A DNA stretch of 64,000 nt from an uncultured bacterium. GTDB lineage: Bacteria > Zixibacteria > MSB-5A5 > JAABVY01 > JAHJOQ01. The stretch spans positions 78,070 through 142,069 of the forward strand of contig CBDUQR010000001.1 in the NCBI GenBank assembly GCA_965369655.1. Direction: 5' to 3'. The notes below the pieces were generated by a model. The model made no database searches. It was not told the DNA's origin and saw nothing but the letters and a program-made list of their open reading frames with translations. A program made the translations under genes and the position numbers. This document shows, in pieces, positions 54,997-64,000 of this stretch (the stretch's first letter is position 1; each line of letters starts with the position of its first letter).

Positions 54997-56209
54997 CTTG
55001 CTGTTCCTGCTTCCTCCGGTATCGCTTCTGGTAGAACTTCGAATGATCCATGATACGCCCCGCGGCTTTGTCGATCTGCCTTGATTCCGCCGCAAGCGAA
55101 ATCCGCATATAACCCTCGCCTTTTTCTCCGAACGCTATTCCGGGAAGAGTCACAACGCCGGTGCGCTTCAGGAGCATCCTGCAGAAATTCAGCGACAGCC
55201 TCCTGCGGGGGAGGCGAATCCATGCAAACGGGGTAGCATGAGATGGCTGTATCTCCCACCCGAGAGGTCCGATGGCGGTCTCGAATCGACGCCTGCTGTC
55301 ACCGAGGAATTCAGATACCGAATCGGTGATATCGTCGGTGTGATCCATGAGCCTGTTGGCGACCTGCAGATCGTAACCTGACGGGCGGCTGTTGAATGTC
55401 TCCAGCATCTTGCGCAACGGTGAAATGAATTCCTTGCAGCCGACAGCGAATCCAAGCTTCAACATCGGCACGTTGAAAATAAACGAGAAAGTGAAAAGCT
55501 CAATGGCGGTGTACCGCGCTCCGGGGAGCGCCACCAGAGATGGGTGAGTGTGCCGCTGCCATGTATGGGTGTTGTATACCGCGTCGGATATTATCAAAAT
55601 ATTGTTTTTCCTGGCAAACCGAATCAGCCTGCCGTAAAACGCCTCATCCGCCACCGCCGATGTCGGGTTGTGAGGATAGTTGATCAGGATCGCCTTGCTC
55701 AGTTTTCGGCGTGTGCCACCGATCATGTCGAGATTGGGAAGAAAGTCGGTCCTTGCCGACAATTCATAGGTCTCAATCTCCGCCCCCGCTGAATATGCCG
55801 ATGATCTGTAGAGCGAATAGGCCGGATCGGGGAGGAACACCTTGTCGCCTCGGTTGACTAACGCCTGGAATACATAGTAAACACCGGGAGTATTCCCGGT
55901 CGTCAGTATTACCTCCTTATCCGGATCGAGTTTGACGTCAAATCTCGATTGCATCCACGCCGCGATTTTCTCCCGAAGCCTGCTATCGATGGATTTCCCG
56001 GTTGCGCTGTCGATCGGCCTCAGCGCATCAATATCTCCGGCGAGTCTCGCAACAACTTCCGGTATGGGTGGAGCGATCTTTCCCAGATCGATCACCTCGA
56101 TGCCTCTTTGCGCCAGTCTTTTCTTGATGCCGTCAAATTCCGAACCTATCGGCGCGGGCAATTGGCCGACAATATCAGATGATTCAATTATGATCTTCTT
56201 GAGAGGCAA
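54989..56209 (-). CDS. PLP-dependent class I/II aminotransferase
   Basis: INYPHNPTSAV...LIISDAVY...SFSK-like region. 406 aa. Confidence 0.8.
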   Translation of the reverse strand: MPLKKIIIESSDIVGQLPAPIGSEFDGIKKRLAQRGIEVIDLGKIAPPIPEVVARLAGDIDALRPIDSATGKSIDSRLREKIAAWMQSRFDVKLDPDKEVILTTGNTPGVYYVFQALVNRGDKVFLPDPAYSLYRSSAYSAGAEIETYELSARTDFLPNLDMIGGTRRKLSKAILINYPHNPTSAVADEAFYGRLIRFARKNNILIISDAVYNTHTWQRHTHPSLVALPGARYTAIELFTFSFIFNVPMLKLGFAVGCKEFISPLRKMLETFNSRPSGYDLQVANRLMDHTDDITDSVSEFLGDSRRRFETAIGPLGWEIQPSHATPFAWIRLPRRRLSLNFCRMLLKRTGVVTLPGIAFGEKGEGYMRISLAAESRQIDKAAGRIMDHSKFYQKRYRRKQEQQDE

Positions 56210-56248
56210 TCAACTACTCCTCTTTGCAAGACTTGCAAAATATAGGTT

Positions 56249-56303
56249 GTTTCGACAGGTCTTGGCGACGACGGAGTCGTCGGTGTGACCTGGCGATCTT
56301 CTG
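56249..56303. repeat. 55-bp segment shared with 40146-40200, part of a degraded repeat copy (56240-56420)
   Basis: The segment is identical to the 40146-40200 copy except for two positions. It is followed by cgccttcggcgaacgcaagaactgccgaaac, which matches 40276-40306 and 30768-30797. Confidence 0.75.
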
Positions 56304-56552
56304 CATTCTGTTGATTGACATAGGTTCTATCTATCGGCAGTTCACACGCTCGCCTTCGGCGAACGCAAGAACTGCCGAAACAGGTACTTATGAGACAATC
56401 TTTTTTCTTCTACCATACTCTTGCGTAATACGAACGGTGATTCCACGCGCACAATCAAACCGGCACGCCGACCTTTGTCAAGCTGTTTGCCCCGATTGCC
56501 CGCAATCAGATTTGGCTTGCGAAGCGGAAAGCTATTCGCATCTTTCTGATAA

Positions 56553-57567
56553 CATGTTGCATTTCACAAGAATGATCACAGCGCTCGCTCTCTTGACAGT
56601 TGCGGCAGTCTGCATCAACACAGCCTGCTCGAATGAGCAGGATGTCATCAGGGACCGTCCCAGACAGACCCAGATATGGAATTACCCCGATGATTTCAAG
56701 CCGTCTCACATCACTACTGACGATGACGGGAATCTCTGGGGACTGTTCGTCTCACGGAGGTTCTCAGGCAAGGAGAGCTTCTGGGCGGTGCGATCTATAG
56801 CGGATAGTGAATGGAGCGACCCGATACTACTGATGAACGCGTATCACTTCACTGAGTTGAAGTTTGAAATTGCCAAAGGTCTGCTTCGCCTGACATTTAT
56901 CGAGATCGACGAGGATTACTTCTACGACTACGATAGCTATCTCGATAGAGCGCCGGAATTCCCCGATACTGTCGTCGTCGAGTTGCGCCTTGACGATCTT
57001 ACGAGAGACAGAGACAGGGACGGCCTTCCCGACTTGCTGGAACGCGAGATGCTGCTGTCGAGCAGGCTGCCGGACAGCGATGCCGACGGCAAGCGGGACG
57101 ATGTCGATTTCTGTCCGCTTGGCGTTCCAACATCAGGAAACAACAGACTCGATATTTACAGGACTGCTCTGGTTCACCTGATGCAGCTTGATGACATCAG
57201 CAACCTCAGCCCGGTAAAAGACACAGCCTGGACCAGGTTCTACGGCACTTACTATATCGATGAGCCAACAATCGTCTACGTGGCATTTCCCGGAGAACCG
57301 GTGCTCCCGGAATTGATCGATCTGCCAATCGTTCTCATTCAGGTCAGAACGCCGATGTATTTCGGCAGCAAGCCACAATACGGATCATTCACGGGAGGAA
57401 TCGTGCCGCACCTGATCTTCTACAGGCCGGAAACAGACATCTTCGGGAAAAGCGCGACGATGAAGCTGGAACTTATCAAGCGTGTGCACAGGCGCGAATC
57501 GGCTACGATGCACTTCGCGAAAAGTGGCGAACAATGGGTCGTGACACAGGTAACACAGGATGACTGA
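56553..57567 (+). CDS. secreted hypothetical protein with thrombospondin-type-3-like Asp-rich calcium-binding repeats
   Basis: Start chosen at MLHFTRMITALALLTVAAVCINTAC (signal peptide). Contains DRDRDGLPDLLE...DSDADGKRDDVDFCP. The track ORF begins at 56224 but its first 110 codons run through the repeat element. Confidence 0.4.
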
Positions 57568-57611
57568 CCGAACATCGATATCCGGACGACAACACAGGAG
57601 TTGACAAGACT

Positions 57612-58139
57612 ATGACGTGCAAAGCATTCAGATATTGCCCGATGTGCCGCTCTGAGTTGACAGTTCGCGACGAGAACGGGACTAAGCGACCGATGTGCCC
57701 GGAATGCGGGTTTGTGCATTACAGGAATCCGTCACCTGCCGCAGGAGCTGTCATTTTCGACAGCGGCAGGATACTCCTTGTCAGGCGAGCACACGAGCCG
57801 TATGTCGGGAAATGGACAATCCCTGCGGGATTCATGGAGTGGGGTGAATCGCCGGAAGAGACCACCATTCGCGAAATACTCGAGGAAACGAATCTCAGGA
57901 TAGAATTGGACGGGCTTTTCCATGTCTACGCGGGTGATGACGATCCGCGCACAAAGGCAATTCTGATTCTCTATTTCGCGAGATGCACCGGAGGCAGGCT
58001 CGAGGCAGGCGATGATGCAGCCGAAGCCCGATGGTTCTCTGAGAATGAGTTACCACCCGACGATGAGATCGCTTTCGAATCGCACCGACTCGCACTCCGC
58101 AAATTAAGGACTGAGCACGCAAAGCGTTTCAAAATATGA
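57612..58139 (+). CDS. NUDIX hydrolase with N-terminal zinc ribbon (NudC-like architecture)
   Basis: CPMC...CPEC zinc ribbon followed by a Nudix box GKWTIPAGFMEWGESPEETTIREILEETNL. Confidence 0.75.
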   Translation: MTCKAFRYCPMCRSELTVRDENGTKRPMCPECGFVHYRNPSPAAGAVIFDSGRILLVRRAHEPYVGKWTIPAGFMEWGESPEETTIREILEETNLRIELDGLFHVYAGDDDPRTKAILILYFARCTGGRLEAGDDAAEARWFSENELPPDDEIAFESHRLALRKLRTEHAKRFKI

Positions 58140-59596
58140 AGCTCAAGAACCGGCTGTTCACAGCGCTTCTCCTGCTGGCATTCCTGCCGGTGGCGCTGAT
58201 CTCCTTCATCACTCTCGAACTGGCATCCGGAAGTCTGGACCGCCTCGCCTCGCCCGGAATCGCAAATGCACTCGAGGCGGCAGATTCCATCGTCACACTG
58301 ACTTTCGAGTCTATCGAATCGATGTGCGCGGACGGCGCATCCAGAATGGCAAAGCTGCCTCATATTGATAGTGCGCTACTCGGAGATTTCGACTTTGCAA
58401 TCGTAACAGACAGGGACATGACAGCATGGATCGGCGAGGCTCCTGACTCGATAACACGGGAAAAGATATTGGATTTTCACCGGGACAGTTCTGATATCCG
58501 GCTCACCGACAGGATAATGTCTGGCGATACATTTATCATCGTTGGAAAAGCATCGGCATACGGCGATGATCGACACCTGACGATCACCGTCGGACGAAAC
58601 ATGGGCAATGAGATCGCGCCTCTTTATGAACGCCTCGGCAGGAATACTCGTAGCTTCGAGCGACTCGGTCAACTCAAGCATCCCGGAAAGAACACCCTGA
58701 GAGTATTATGGGCGGCGTTCGTCGCACTCTACCTGCTGCTGATCCTTCTCATTTCGAGAATCACCGCGCGAAAGCTCACAATGCCGTTAGCCCGACTCGG
58801 CGAGTTAGCCGAAACAGTGGGGCGTGGTCAGTGGGATGTCCGGCTCGAATACAATCGCAACGATGAAATCGGCGCACTGACATCCGGATTCAACCGAATG
58901 TCGCAGCAACTCGGAGAGACTACGAGAAAACTGATCGAGACGGAGAAAATTGCCGCGTGGCAGCAGACGGCTCGCGTGATCGCTCATGGGCTGAAGAACA
59001 TGCTCGCTCCCATAAGGCTTGCTGTCGCGCGTCTGCCCGAATCATCTGATAAGAATGAGAGTGCCGACCTGTCACCGATGACAACTATCAATGCCGAACT
59101 GAGTCGGCTCGAAAAGGCGGCCGGAGATTTTTCCCGCTACGGCAAGCCGGTCGAGCCAAATGCCGCGATAATCGATCCGAACGTAGTCGTGAGGCAGGCG
59201 ATCTCGGTAGCCGAGGGGTGCGACGTCAAGCTGGAAGTCGATCTGGATAGCAATCTTCCTTACATCAAATGCGATGGCGCACTCCTGAGAGATGCGCTGA
59301 TAAACCTCGTGAAGAATGCATGCGAGGCAGTCGATCAGGATGGCTCCGTTGCGATTCAAACCCGAAGCCGCAACGACCGGGTCGAAATCGCCGTATCAGA
59401 CACGGGCACGGGGATAGATCCGGAGATACGCGATCGCATCTTCGAACCGTATGTCACGACAAAATCATCCGGAACAGGACTGGGTCTGGCCATCGTAAGG
59501 AAGATAGTAGAGTCATCGGGAGGCGCCATCGAGTTGGAGACAGGCGACAGCGGAACGACTTTCACGCTCAAATTCGAGGCCGCTAATGAGAGATGA
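58136..59596 (+). CDS. sensor histidine kinase (TM, HAMP, HisKA, HATPase_c)
   Basis: H-box VIAHGLKNMLAPI. N, G1 and G2 boxes (NLVKNACEA, DTGTGIDPE, GTGLGLAIV). HAMP LARLGELAETVGRGQWDVRL. Confidence 0.8.
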   Translation: MKLKNRLFTALLLLAFLPVALISFITLELASGSLDRLASPGIANALEAADSIVTLTFESIESMCADGASRMAKLPHIDSALLGDFDFAIVTDRDMTAWIGEAPDSITREKILDFHRDSSDIRLTDRIMSGDTFIIVGKASAYGDDRHLTITVGRNMGNEIAPLYERLGRNTRSFERLGQLKHPGKNTLRVLWAAFVALYLLLILLISRITARKLTMPLARLGELAETVGRGQWDVRLEYNRNDEIGALTSGFNRMSQQLGETTRKLIETEKIAAWQQTARVIAHGLKNMLAPIRLAVARLPESSDKNESADLSPMTTINAELSRLEKAAGDFSRYGKPVEPNAAIIDPNVVVRQAISVAEGCDVKLEVDLDSNLPYIKCDGALLRDALINLVKNACEAVDQDGSVAIQTRSRNDRVEIAVSDTGTGIDPEIRDRIFEPYVTTKSSGTGLGLAIVRKIVESSGGAIELETGDSGTTFTLKFEAANER

Positions 59597-60950
59597 ACCT
59601 TGTGACATTTTCGTGGTCGATGACGACCGCTATCTCAGGGATGAGCTGACCATACTCTTGAGACAGGCGGACTACCACGTTTCATCTCACGAAACGATCT
59701 CGTCGTGCAAAAGTGAACTTGCGCGGCGCGTACCCCTGTTGATCCTGCTCGATATCCAGTTGCCGGATGGCAACGGCGTCGACTTCCTCAAAGAACTCAT
59801 GAACAGGGACAATCCCCCTGAGGTCGTGATGGTCTCCGGTGCGGCATCTCTTCAGGAAGCCGCAGATTCAGTTAAACTTGGCGCCGCCGATTTTCTGGAG
59901 AAACCATTCGCGCCGCAGCGACTGCTCTCAATCGTCAGGAATTGTATCGAGATTGCCCGACTGAAACAGGCACATGCAAGACTCATCCGGGACAGGCTGG
60001 CGGAATTCGAGATCATCGGCGAGTCTGCCGCTACTGTCGAGACAATTGAACAGATCAGGCAGATCGCCGATACCAACGCTCGCGTTCTGATAACTGGAGA
60101 GAGCGGCACGGGAAAAGAACTCGTGGCCGGTCAGATACACCTTCGCAGCAAGCGCGCCCTGGGACCATTCGTGAAGATCAATTGCTCAGCGATGCCGCCG
60201 GATCTCGTCGAGAGTGAACTCTTCGGACATGAAAGAGGAGCATTCACCGGCGCGGTCGATAAGAGACAGGGCAAATTCGCAGCAGCCGACGGCGGGTCGC
60301 TGCTACTCGATGAAATCGGAGATATGCCAATCGCGGCGCAGCCGAAACTCCTGAGAACTCTCGAAACAGGCGTGATCGAGCCGATTGGCAGCACAGATGC
60401 AATCTCGGTCGATGTTCGGTTGATCAGTTCGAGCAACCGGGACCTCGACGAGCTTTCAGGTCGTGGTGAGTTCAGATCTGATCTCCTGTACAGAATCAAC
60501 ACTGTACCGATTCATTTGTCTCCTCTTCGCGACCGACGCGAAGACATTCCAATTCTCGCGGAGCACTTTCTGACACGGCTTGCATCGCAGAATATGGACA
60601 CGCGGGCGGAATTTGATGACGGCGTGATGGAACTACTGATCGCGCACGACTGGCCCGGAAATGTGAGAGAGCTGCGGAATCTAATCGAACGCGCATTCTA
60701 CACGTCAACTGACCGCAGAATCACACCGGAGCATATTAGAATCTGCCTTGGCGAGAAGGGCGACATTACGAAACCCGACATTGAAGCGGGCAATCGCAAC
60801 AGGCTGTCGGCGGCTGTTACACAATTTGAAAAAGGTTTTCTGAGGTCTGAACTTCGGGCGGTGGATGGCAATATCAACCAGTTAGCTGGAAAGCTGCGAA
60901 TGGATCGGGGCAATCTCTACAGGAAGCTGAAGAAACTTGGACTGCTGTAA
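59586..60950 (+). CDS. sigma-54-dependent response regulator (REC, AAA+, Fis HTH; NtrC family)
   Basis: Receiver DIFVVDDDRYLRDELTILL...LILLDIQLPDGNG, AAA+ LITGESGTGKELVA...ESELFGHERGAFTGA, C-terminal HTH. Overlaps the kinase gene by 11 nt. Confidence 0.85.
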   Translation: MRDEPCDIFVVDDDRYLRDELTILLRQADYHVSSHETISSCKSELARRVPLLILLDIQLPDGNGVDFLKELMNRDNPPEVVMVSGAASLQEAADSVKLGAADFLEKPFAPQRLLSIVRNCIEIARLKQAHARLIRDRLAEFEIIGESAATVETIEQIRQIADTNARVLITGESGTGKELVAGQIHLRSKRALGPFVKINCSAMPPDLVESELFGHERGAFTGAVDKRQGKFAAADGGSLLLDEIGDMPIAAQPKLLRTLETGVIEPIGSTDAISVDVRLISSSNRDLDELSGRGEFRSDLLYRINTVPIHLSPLRDRREDIPILAEHFLTRLASQNMDTRAEFDDGVMELLIAHDWPGNVRELRNLIERAFYTSTDRRITPEHIRICLGEKGDITKPDIEAGNRNRLSAAVTQFEKGFLRSELRAVDGNINQLAGKLRMDRGNLYRKLKKLGLL

Positions 60951-61121
60951 ACTCTACATCGATGCTGAAAGAATCCGATGTCAATAGTACAACATGTTTT
61001 CAACCATGCAACAACCCAACGGATCACAACAGGCGAGAATGCAGTCACTTATGAATTCCGGCATGAATCTTGATGCAACTTCCGGCAGAGATGACCATAT
61101 TGCTGGAAGGAAGGTTACAGG

Positions 61122-62924
61122 ATGAATAAGAGTAGTATCAAATACGGACTGATAGTGGCAGCGTCAGTATCCGCGCTGATTATCATAGCGCTGCTTCTGT
61201 CCGGCAGCGCACGAGCAGCAGAGATCACACCCCCCGAGACGTTTCAACTCACTATCGAACTCAATGACGAGCAGGGCACGATCGTTGTCGAATATGGCGA
61301 CATGAGGAAACGGTATCGATTCCGTGCCGACGAGGTCAGTATTGCAGAGGGTGCAGTGACGATCACGCCCGATTTCGCGTTCACCGTCGACGGCATCCTG
61401 GCTGACGGCATACTCTATCCGATAGAGAACCTCCGAGTCGACGAAATATACCATGAGAAAGAGTTGATCAGTGTTGTCCTCAAGCATCGCAAGCAGACAG
61501 CAGCGGCAAAACGCCGACAGATCAAGCGCAACCGAGTCGCGGTCACAGGAAGGCTCGTCGTGGATCACGATGATTTCGTCAGAGGAGATATTATCTGTTT
61601 CGGAGGAAATATCGAGGTTCGAGGAGAGGTGAATCGGAATGTAGTGGCAATCTTCGGTGATGTCTTCATCGTGGATGAGGGCATTGTGCGAGGTAATGTC
61701 GTGGCCATTGACGGCAAAGTCAACATGCGCGGCGAGGCGTCGGTCTACGGCGAGATCGCCGCTCACAGAGGACTCAGGAAGAGTGGCGGGGTCCGCGTCA
61801 GATTCGACTCCGAGGGATGGGGACCGAAAGAATCTGATCTGATCGCATCATACAATCGCGTCGATGGGCTGCTGCTCGGCGGAAGAGGAGCGCTCGCCGA
61901 TCCGGACTCGCTGCTGCCGACAATCCATGCGAGCTTAGGTTATGCTTTCGAGTCTGAACGGATGCATTACGAAGTCGGCGTTCACCAGAAACTGTTCGAC
62001 AAATACTCGTTCACAGCCGGCGGGAGTTTCTTCAGGCAGACATCGACCGACGACGGCTGGCTTTCGCCTAGAAGAGAAAACTCGCTTCTGGCGATTCTTG
62101 CCGCCGAAGATTTCCGTGACTATTATGAGGAAGAGGGTGGAAAGGCATACCTGACATTCTGCCCCGGATACTACAATGAAATCGGCATCGGCTACAGGTT
62201 CACCGACCTGAAATGGATGGATCATCATCCGCTCTTATGGTCGCTCTTCGGGTGGGAGAAAGAATTCCGTTCCAATTTCTCATCGATCCCAGCTGACAAG
62301 AGGCGTGATGCCGGCGATCAATTCGACTCAAAGCTCGGCGAATTGAGCGCTTGGTACACACTCGACACACGCGATGACGATGAAGAACCATATTCTGGAT
62401 GGTGGGCGCACGTGGAATACCTGACCGCTGGCGACAGACTCAAGGGTGACATAGCCTATGACAGACTCACCGCCGAGATCAGACGTTACCAGCCGATCAC
62501 ACACCGTCAGAACATCAATGTCAGGGCGAAATACGGCATCGCCGGCAGAGATGTGCCGTTGTTCAGACAGTTCTATCTCGGTGGCATGAGGACAATCCGC
62601 GGACTCGATCATAAGAGTCTGATCAAAGTGCATGAGCATGTTGTAGCAGGCGACACCGTAACCGTGATAGAGGGCGAACAGATGATCCTCGGGAATCTCG
62701 AATATGTCATCAACTTCCCGAAGGCATCTTTTGAGACCTCGCTGCTGTTCGACGTCGGGAAGGTCGTATCGAGAAAAGATAATATATTCTCCGACGGAGA
62801 TTTCCATTCATCGGTCGGGATACGGCTCGGCTTCGAGGATGGCTTCAGCCTCGAGGTAGCCAAATCGCTTGATGACTCTGACGAACCGGTGAAACTGTGG
62901 GTACTCTTTCAACAATCATTCTGA
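61122..62924 (+). CDS. outer-membrane protein with bactofilin-like beta-helical repeats and an Omp85/surface-antigen-like C-terminal barrel
   Basis: Signal peptide. The central RGEVNRNVVAIFGDVFIVDEGIVRGNVVAIDGKVNMRGEASVYGEIAAH is bactofilin/DUF583-like. The C-terminus ends ...VKLWVLFQQSF, a terminal Phe typical of OM barrels. Confidence 0.4.
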   Translation: MNKSSIKYGLIVAASVSALIIIALLLSGSARAAEITPPETFQLTIELNDEQGTIVVEYGDMRKRYRFRADEVSIAEGAVTITPDFAFTVDGILADGILYPIENLRVDEIYHEKELISVVLKHRKQTAAAKRRQIKRNRVAVTGRLVVDHDDFVRGDIICFGGNIEVRGEVNRNVVAIFGDVFIVDEGIVRGNVVAIDGKVNMRGEASVYGEIAAHRGLRKSGGVRVRFDSEGWGPKESDLIASYNRVDGLLLGGRGALADPDSLLPTIHASLGYAFESERMHYEVGVHQKLFDKYSFTAGGSFFRQTSTDDGWLSPRRENSLLAILAAEDFRDYYEEEGGKAYLTFCPGYYNEIGIGYRFTDLKWMDHHPLLWSLFGWEKEFRSNFSSIPADKRRDAGDQFDSKLGELSAWYTLDTRDDDEEPYSGWWAHVEYLTAGDRLKGDIAYDRLTAEIRRYQPITHRQNINVRAKYGIAGRDVPLFRQFYLGGMRTIRGLDHKSLIKVHEHVVAGDTVTVIEGEQMILGNLEYVINFPKASFETSLLFDVGKVVSRKDNIFSDGDFHSSVGIRLGFEDGFSLEVAKSLDDSDEPVKLWVLFQQSF

Positions 62925-63580
62925 GCAGGGTCAGCATAACAATCCTGACGCTGCAGATCGTGGTGATCTCAGTTGCTGCTGCGCAGACCACACCCAGAAT
63001 CACTCCTCTTATCTATCGCGACAGCCTCGCGGTTGCGATCGACTGCGAGGAATTGTTTGATGACAGCAGGATCAGAGAGCTTCACGATGGTTATCCGCTC
63101 TCATTCGAACTGAAACTTTCACTCCGCAAGAGAGTGCCCCTGTGGACCGACTCAAAAATTGGAGCAGTTAAATCGCGTTTCAGAGTCACATTCAGGCGGT
63201 GGGATTCCCGGTACGATCTCGAGCTTGTCGACTTTGGTCGTTCGCACTTCTCAGCGCACTTTGAAACGCCCGATGAAATCTTGCTTGAACTGGAAGAGCG
63301 GCTTTTTGCTACGATAGAACATGTCTCCCGGCTCGACAGCACAAGCCACTACTACATCGAAGTCGAAGTCAAATACCGCAACCTGACATTCGACGATGTA
63401 AAATCGACTGAGGACTGGCTGACGAACGGCGACAACCGAGGCGATTTCGACACCAGCGAAACCATCGACTTCGGCGAGCATCTCGTGAAATTCCTGTGGG
63501 ATATCGCCGGGCCGGGCGCAGATTCCCGGAAATCGACCACGAGGGAGTTCAAACTGGGCGATCTTCGTATTTCCCGATAA
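62897..63580 (+). CDS. periplasmic hypothetical protein
   Basis: N-terminal hydrophobic segment. No motif recognised. Co-directional with the HK, RR and OMP cluster. Confidence 0.3.
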   Translation: MGTLSTIILSRVSITILTLQIVVISVAAAQTTPRITPLIYRDSLAVAIDCEELFDDSRIRELHDGYPLSFELKLSLRKRVPLWTDSKIGAVKSRFRVTFRRWDSRYDLELVDFGRSHFSAHFETPDEILLELEERLFATIEHVSRLDSTSHYYIEVEVKYRNLTFDDVKSTEDWLTNGDNRGDFDTSETIDFGEHLVKFLWDIAGPGADSRKSTTREFKLGDLRISR

Positions 63581-63722
63581 GCCGCATTCTCAGGACCCAA
63601 ACCGCCTGTTCCGTGCGATTCCCCAGCCTACTAATCACAATCACGACATAAGGTTGCAGCTATTGAGCTTAATTTTACGCTCATGGCTCCGATATATATA
63701 TAGTTGAAGGGACTTGGGCATC

Positions 63723-63728
63723 TATAAT
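63723..63728 (+). promoter_or_regulatory. consensus -10 hexamer TATAAT with AT-rich upstream tract, 24 nt before an SD-ATG
   Basis: atatatatatag...TATAAT, then GAGGAG (63742-63747) and the ATG at 63753. Confidence 0.35.
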
Positions 63729-63752
63729 CCTAAGAACTCTCGAGGAGTACGT

Positions 63753-64000
63753 ATGCCATACGAAAAACAACATCAAGACGACAGCGATTCGACATCGAAA
63801 GTCTACATCCCGAATCTGGGAGGCCAGAACAAGACCGTAGAGAATGCCACAAAGGCTGAGCAACCAGACCCTCTCGCTGATCTCGAATTGAGTCTTGACA
63901 TCATAGCACGGAAAAATCCACGACTGACCAGCAGGACGGACAGATCAGAAGCCCGCAGCACAGACTTGAAGGCGCTCCTGGAAATATCCAACGCAGTCAA
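63753..64000 (+). CDS. 5' part of a gene running off the window (Asp/Ser-rich N-terminus, then ...LKALLEISNAV)
   Basis: Strong SD and ATG. The ORF is open to the window end. ALLEISNAV resembles the start of a GAF-type sensory domain, but this is weak. Confidence 0.3.
   Translation, partial: MPYEKQHQDDSDSTSKVYIPNLGGQNKTVENATKAEQPDPLADLELSLDIIARKNPRLTSRTDRSEARSTDLKALLEISNAV

Noticed and set aside
56224-56552. N-terminal 110 codons of the 447-aa track ORF at 56224
   Set aside because: This stretch is Arg/Cys-rich and coincides with the degraded repeat copy at 56240-56420. A signal-peptide-bearing start (MLHFTRMITALALL) occurs at 56553, and that start is used instead.
60951-61121. sigma-54 promoter upstream of the 61122 OMP gene
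   Set aside because: The only near-match, cGGCAT-N5-TTGA, lacks the invariant GC of the -12 element. I could not find a GG-N10-GC pair with correct spacing, so no call was made.

Overview
This 64-kb window reads as a chromosomal segment of a Gram-negative, probably anaerobic bacterium, since it carries rubrerythrin and rubredoxin, LptF/LptG permeases, PEP-CTERM proteins, a T9SS-type C-terminal sorting domain and several sigma-54 regulators. Most of it is housekeeping: mreB, rnr, dgt, holA, the pth-rpsF-rpsR-DUF2232-rplI block, a PcrA/UvrD helicase, glnA, pheA, rho, rsfS, panBCD, folBK, a deoxynucleoside kinase, an ECF sigma/anti-sigma/VIT-vWA module, and two sigma-54 activators, one of them paired with a histidine kinase. 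Two things stand out from that backbone. First, nearly every long intergenic region contains copies of a modular dispersed repeat family. Its core is a 20-34 bp palindrome, ggcagatgt-SS-acatctgcc. Three of the four copies in the window have a roughly 170-200 bp insert with terminal inverted repeats at the exact centre, flanked by a duplicated central dinucleotide. One copy is empty. Second, there are several small AT-richer islets whose cargo looks accessory or defence-like. These are a DUF4238 protein, a membrane protein plus NT5C-type 5'(3')-deoxyribonucleotidase pair, an N-terminal two-helix membrane protein resembling abortive-infection proteins, a pentapeptide-repeat membrane protein wedged into the lptFG operon, and an orphan RNase H-like protein. 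Two genes shorter than the 60-aa cutoff of the ORF track are recovered by eye (a rubredoxin and a LiaF-like micro-membrane protein). One lipoprotein gene carries a near-perfect 333-bp tandem duplication. No rRNA, tRNA, CRISPR array, integrase or transposase is visible. All functional calls rest on recognisable motifs and architecture read by eye, not on database searches.
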